Shown in pieces: positions 61,056 through 64,000 of a DNA stretch of 64,000 nt; position 1 is the stretch's first letter; each line of letters begins with the position of its first letter. This DNA comes from Parcubacteria group bacterium. Its GTDB lineage: Bacteria > Patescibacteriota > Minisyncoccia > Phycocordibacterales > Phycocordibacteraceae. Made by a program: the position numbers and the translations under genes. The notes beneath the pieces are model-generated. The model was not told the DNA's origin. It saw nothing but the letters and a program-made list of their open reading frames with translations, and did no database searches. The DNA lies in NCBI GenBank assembly GCA_028286605.1, contig JAQBRE010000003.1, positions 17,275-81,274 of the forward strand, given 5' to 3'.

Positions 61056-61511
61056 TTAGGAGAGGAGGGAATCAACAACGGCTTTCACATCACCACCGTC
61101 TGCTTTGCCTTTGAGGTCGTTCATGAGCGAGCCCATGAACTTGCCGGCGTCTGCTTTGGTGGTTACGCCCATCTCTGCCATCTTCGCTTTTGCAATCGGT
61201 TCGATCTCCTCGCGGCTCATAAGAGTAGGAAGGAAGGACTCGATAACCGCGAGCTCTTCGATTTCCGGTTCAGTGAGTTCCATGCGGTTCGCTTTCGTGA
61301 ACTGCTCGATTGAATCCTTGCGCTGGTTCGCGGCGCGCTTCAGTACCACGAGTGCCTCTTCATCCGCGAGGAACTCGCTCGGCATGCGCTTCTTGGCGAC
61401 GACCTCGTTGGTCATAAGAGTGACGACAGAGCGAAGGGTGCGAAGACGGACTTCATCCTTGGCGCGAAGCGCGTCGGGAATGCCTTTCTTGAGGGTTTCG
61501 TGGAGGGTCAT
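61056..61511 (-). CDS. GatB/YqeY-domain protein
   Basis: Typical YqeY family sequence (LKKGIPDALRAKDEVRLRTLRSVVTLMTNEVVAKK...). Confidence 0.8.
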   Translation of the reverse strand: MTLHETLKKGIPDALRAKDEVRLRTLRSVVTLMTNEVVAKKRMPSEFLADEEALVVLKRAANQRKDSIEQFTKANRMELTEPEIEELAVIESFLPTLMSREEIEPIAKAKMAEMGVTTKADAGKFMGSLMNDLKGKADGGDVKAVVDSLLS

Positions 61512-61576
61512 GCCAAGAGTTTAGCATATGCAGATGTTCGATAGCGTGCAGCGCAGAGGCCTCGTATAATGCATAT

Positions 61577-62653
61577 ATGGACATCTTTTCTATCGGACTC
61601 ATCGTGCTGGCGCTCGTTCTGGTGCAGGGAATCGGCCTGTGGCTGATGGCGCGGCAGAATGAGAAGAACCGAGCGACTGCTTTGCCCGCCAAAGAAGACG
61701 GCGCCGCGATGATGCTTCTGCAGGGCCAGCTTGAAAAGCTGGAGCGAACGCTCGATTCCCGCATGAATGAATCCTCTAAGCAGGTGTACGAGAACATGCG
61801 CGTGCAGGCAGGGGAGTCTAACCGCCTTATCAAGGAGATTACGACCGAGCTCACCTCCGTAAAGGAAATCGGCCGCCAGACGCAGACATACGCAGAGCAA
61901 CTCCAGTCGCTTCAGGATCTCCTTAAGAACCCGAAGCAGCGCGGTATCCTCGGCGAGTATTATCTTGAGACGGTGCTTAAGAATGTGATGAGTCCGCAGG
62001 ACTATCGCATTCAGTATCCATTCAAGAACGGCGAGATTGTCGATGCCGTCATCGTCATCAACAAGAAGCTCGTGCCGGTGGACTCTAAGTTCTCGCTCGA
62101 TAACTACAATCGCTTCGTCAGTGCGCCGGTGGGAAGCGTCGAACGCACGAATGCAGAAAAGTCCTTCGTGAATGACCTCAAGATGCGCATCACCGAAACA
62201 GCCAAGTACATTCGCCCTGACGAAGACACGATGGACTTCGCCTTCATGTTCATTCCTTCGGAAGGAATCTATTACGACCTTCTTACCAATCAGGTGGGTG
62301 CAGACGAAGAAGAGAATCTCATACAGCGTGCCGCTTCCAAATACAAAGTCATTATCGTCTCGCCGACCTCATTCCTCGCCTATCTTCAGACGGTTATGCA
62401 GGGGCTCAAGGCGCTTGAAATAGAGCAGAAGGCAGTCGAGATTCAGAAGCGCGTAGGAGAACTTGGCAAACACATCGGTAGCTACGAAGAATACTACAAG
62501 AAACTCGGCACTGCGCTCGGCACTGCGGTCTCGCATTACAACAGCGGATACAAGGAACTCGGCAAGATCGAGAAGGATGTCTTCCGCATCGATAATGAGA
62601 AGATCGGCCTTGAACAGCTGCAGCTCGAGAAGCCCGGAAGCGACGACGAATAA
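61577..62653 (+). CDS. rmuC: DNA recombination protein RmuC
   Basis: N-terminal TM, coiled coil, RmuC C-terminal nuclease-like domain (ILGEYYLETVLKNVMSPQDY...). Confidence 0.8.
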   Translation: MDIFSIGLIVLALVLVQGIGLWLMARQNEKNRATALPAKEDGAAMMLLQGQLEKLERTLDSRMNESSKQVYENMRVQAGESNRLIKEITTELTSVKEIGRQTQTYAEQLQSLQDLLKNPKQRGILGEYYLETVLKNVMSPQDYRIQYPFKNGEIVDAVIVINKKLVPVDSKFSLDNYNRFVSAPVGSVERTNAEKSFVNDLKMRITETAKYIRPDEDTMDFAFMFIPSEGIYYDLLTNQVGADEEENLIQRAASKYKVIIVSPTSFLAYLQTVMQGLKALEIEQKAVEIQKRVGELGKHIGSYEEYYKKLGTALGTAVSHYNSGYKELGKIEKDVFRIDNEKIGLEQLQLEKPGSDDE

Positions 62654-62713
62654 CCCTCTTGTGCGCTTCTATAGAAGCGCTATGATGCGTCGGGACATGT
62701 ACGGGGAGTACGT

Positions 62714-62908
62714 TTGATGATTGGAAGGGTGCGCGGTTGGAGTATTACGATACTGGTGGTCGCATTGCTGAGTACTTTGTGGTGGCACTACGTCACCACT
62801 CATCACCTCAGTGAGGCATTACCAGCAGGGTATGAATGGCGAGAGGCGCCCAAGCCTCCGCTGCCATGTTTCGATGATGAAGGGTACTATCTCTGCCAGA
62901 AGACCTGA
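62714..62908 (+). CDS. hypothetical small membrane protein (64 aa)
   Basis: Single TM helix (WSITILVVALLSTLWW). Confidence 0.25.
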   Translation: MMIGRVRGWSITILVVALLSTLWWHYVTTHHLSEALPAGYEWREAPKPPLPCFDDEGYYLCQKT

Positions 62909-62993
62909 ATGGTTTCGGCGCTACGCTCTCTTGGCCGCCCGAAGAACTCGGGCGGCTTGCTTTTTATATGAAATAGCCTAGAATAGCCTTTAT

Positions 62994-63320
62994 ATGCAGT
63001 ATGCCGTTATAAAGACAGGGGGAAAGCAGTATGTCGTTTCTCCAGGCGTCGTCGTTACTATCGAGAAGCTCGGTCGTGGCGCTCAGGACACCAAGAAAGG
63101 CGATAGCATCGTTTTCGATGAGGTTCTCCTCACGAACGATGGCTCGACCACCAACATGGGCGCTCCGTTCCTGACAGGTACGACCGTAAAAGGAACCGTC
63201 GCTGTCGTCGGCCGCAACAAGAAGGTGGAAGTCGTTAAGTACAAGGCTAAGAGCCGTTACCTCAAGCGCCGTGGCCATCGCCAGCCGCACGTGAAGGTTA
63301 AGATCGATTCGATCGGATAA
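62994..63320 (+). CDS. rplU: 50S ribosomal protein L21
   Basis: MQYAVIKTGGKQYVVSPGVVVTIEKL...KVEVVKYKAKSRYLKRRGHRQPHVKVKI. Confidence 0.9.
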   Translation: MQYAVIKTGGKQYVVSPGVVVTIEKLGRGAQDTKKGDSIVFDEVLLTNDGSTTNMGAPFLTGTTVKGTVAVVGRNKKVEVVKYKAKSRYLKRRGHRQPHVKVKIDSIG

Positions 63321-63322
63321 AG

Positions 63323-63347
63323 AAAAAACCGCCTCTGGCGGTTTTTT
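63323..63347 (+). terminator. rho-independent terminator aaaaaaccgcc-tct-ggcggtttttt
   Basis: Perfect 5-bp GC stem extended by A6/T6 (11-bp stem overall) with T6 tail, directly after rplU. Confidence 0.75.
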
Positions 63348-63412
63348 CTTGTGCTTTACGCATTTCCTGATACATATACCTATAGATTCGAATTAACCGA
63401 GGAGATACGAAG

Positions 63413-63685
63413 ATGGCTTTTGCAAACCTCATTGTGACGCTGGAAGGTGTTGGCTCTGTTCTTGGTCCCCGTGCATATCTAATGGCCTCCTACAAAGGTC
63501 CATGCGTCATCGGCCACACAGTGGACGTTGAAGGAATTCAAATCACACTCGAAAAAGTCATGCACAAACTTACGCCAGGAGGTGATGTTAGCCAGAGTAT
63601 TGTATGGGGAGTAGTTGCTAACAAGGATATGGTTAAGCTCTGTGCATGCGAAGGGTGGACCAAGATAGATGCTGCTAAAAAATGA
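63413..63685 (+). CDS. hypothetical small protein (90 aa) downstream of rplU
   Basis: Lower-GC segment; not L27 and does not match the Prp protease motifs. Confidence 0.35.
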   Translation: MAFANLIVTLEGVGSVLGPRAYLMASYKGPCVIGHTVDVEGIQITLEKVMHKLTPGGDVSQSIVWGVVANKDMVKLCACEGWTKIDAAKK

Positions 63686-63693
63686 TGTTGGAA

Positions 63694-63714
63694 GGCCGGC
63701 GCAGAGCGCCGGCC
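63694..63714. terminator. hairpin ggccggcgc-agag-cgccggcc
   Basis: Perfect 8-bp GC stem between convergent genes. Confidence 0.55.
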
Positions 63715-63745
63715 GCCTTTATATCCAAATCCAGTTTCGTATCCA

Positions 63746-64000
63746 CTACGTTTCTTTGCGGTTCTGAAGCGCGCTTGAAAGGGTGGGGGAGTCTGCGTAC
63801 TCAAGTTCGGAACCGGTGGAAAGGCCACGGCCAAGTAGGGTGAGCTTCACGTGCGAGCGCAGCGGTGAGAGGCGCTCACGAAGATGGTCTGCGGTATGCT
63901 CGCCTTCGCTCGTGGCCGAAAGCGCGAGGATGATTTCAGCGAGCCCATTCGCGCTTCTTCGTTCGACCCGTTCAATCAATTCATGCTCACGAATAGCGCC
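63746..64000 (-). CDS. recR: recombination protein RecR (C-terminal Toprim part; N-terminus beyond window)
   Basis: EIILALSATSEGEHTADHL...GSELEYADSPTLSSALQNR matches RecR Toprim/C-terminal region (EVILATNPTVEGEATA...GGELEYVD..TL..AL..R). Confidence 0.65.
   Translation of the reverse strand, partial: GAIREHELIERVERRSANGLAEIILALSATSEGEHTADHLRERLSPLRSHVKLTLLGRGLSTGSELEYADSPTLSSALQNRKET

Noticed and set aside
63413-63685. Prp (ribosomal-processing cysteine protease) between rplU and the expected rpmA
   Set aside because: Lacks the conserved Prp G-H...C catalytic motifs, and rplU is followed by a strong terminator.

Overview
This 64 kb window has moderately high GC (roughly 55-60%) and is densely packed with genes, mostly short ones. 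The gene set suggests a small-genome bacterium, possibly Patescibacteria/CPR-like, but that is a low-confidence inference.

The conserved backbone includes these genes:
- Aminoacyl-tRNA synthetases hisS, proS and lysS.
- Translation and ribosome genes frr, rplU and greA.
- The rod-shape module mreB-mreC-mreD-like followed by PBP2.
- A truncated dcw cluster, mraZ-rsmH-ftsL-ftsI-murF, with GTGGG MraZ boxes upstream.
- A type IV pilus locus with pilB, pilC and five pilin-like genes.
- rseP, prmC, uppP, truB, rmuC and a partial recR.
- A two-component system and an ECF sigma/anti-sigma pair sitting upstream of a MacAB/HlyD-type efflux operon.
- One tRNA-Glu(CUC).

The accessory content includes:
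- A low-GC island at the left edge, about 1-3.3 kb. It holds a DUF3883 protein, an EVE-MazG-like operon, a MazF/PemK-like toxin preceded by an anomalously GC-rich segment, and a DUF45/YgjP metallohydrolase.
- A beta-carbonic-anhydrase-like protein preceded by a 390-nt ORF-free region.
- A UvrD-type helicase with a C-terminal RecB-like nuclease domain.
- A DsbA-like protein whose CxxC motif reads SSYS.
- A mannoside-type cluster with three GH130 domains, a cupin, a HAD-IIB hydrolase and an FAD oxidase.
- A DNPH1-like plus NUDIX pair.
- An AT-rich single-gene insertion between frr and rseP.

The most unusual signal is a conserved, non-palindromic motif of about 28-30 nt, AAGGTTCCAACATCGTCCCAGACTGCCAGC. 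It occurs six times, all in the same orientation. Four copies lie within 1.3 kb at 20.9-22.2 kb and two at 32.7-33.3 kb. Each pair brackets a small, mostly acidic gene or a Cys-rich peptide, next to an XRE-family regulator. The arrangement looks cassette-like.

There are no CRISPR arrays, rRNA genes or recognisable transposases. Several intergenic regions carry strong promoter/terminator pairs with no ORF between them, which makes them candidate small RNAs.
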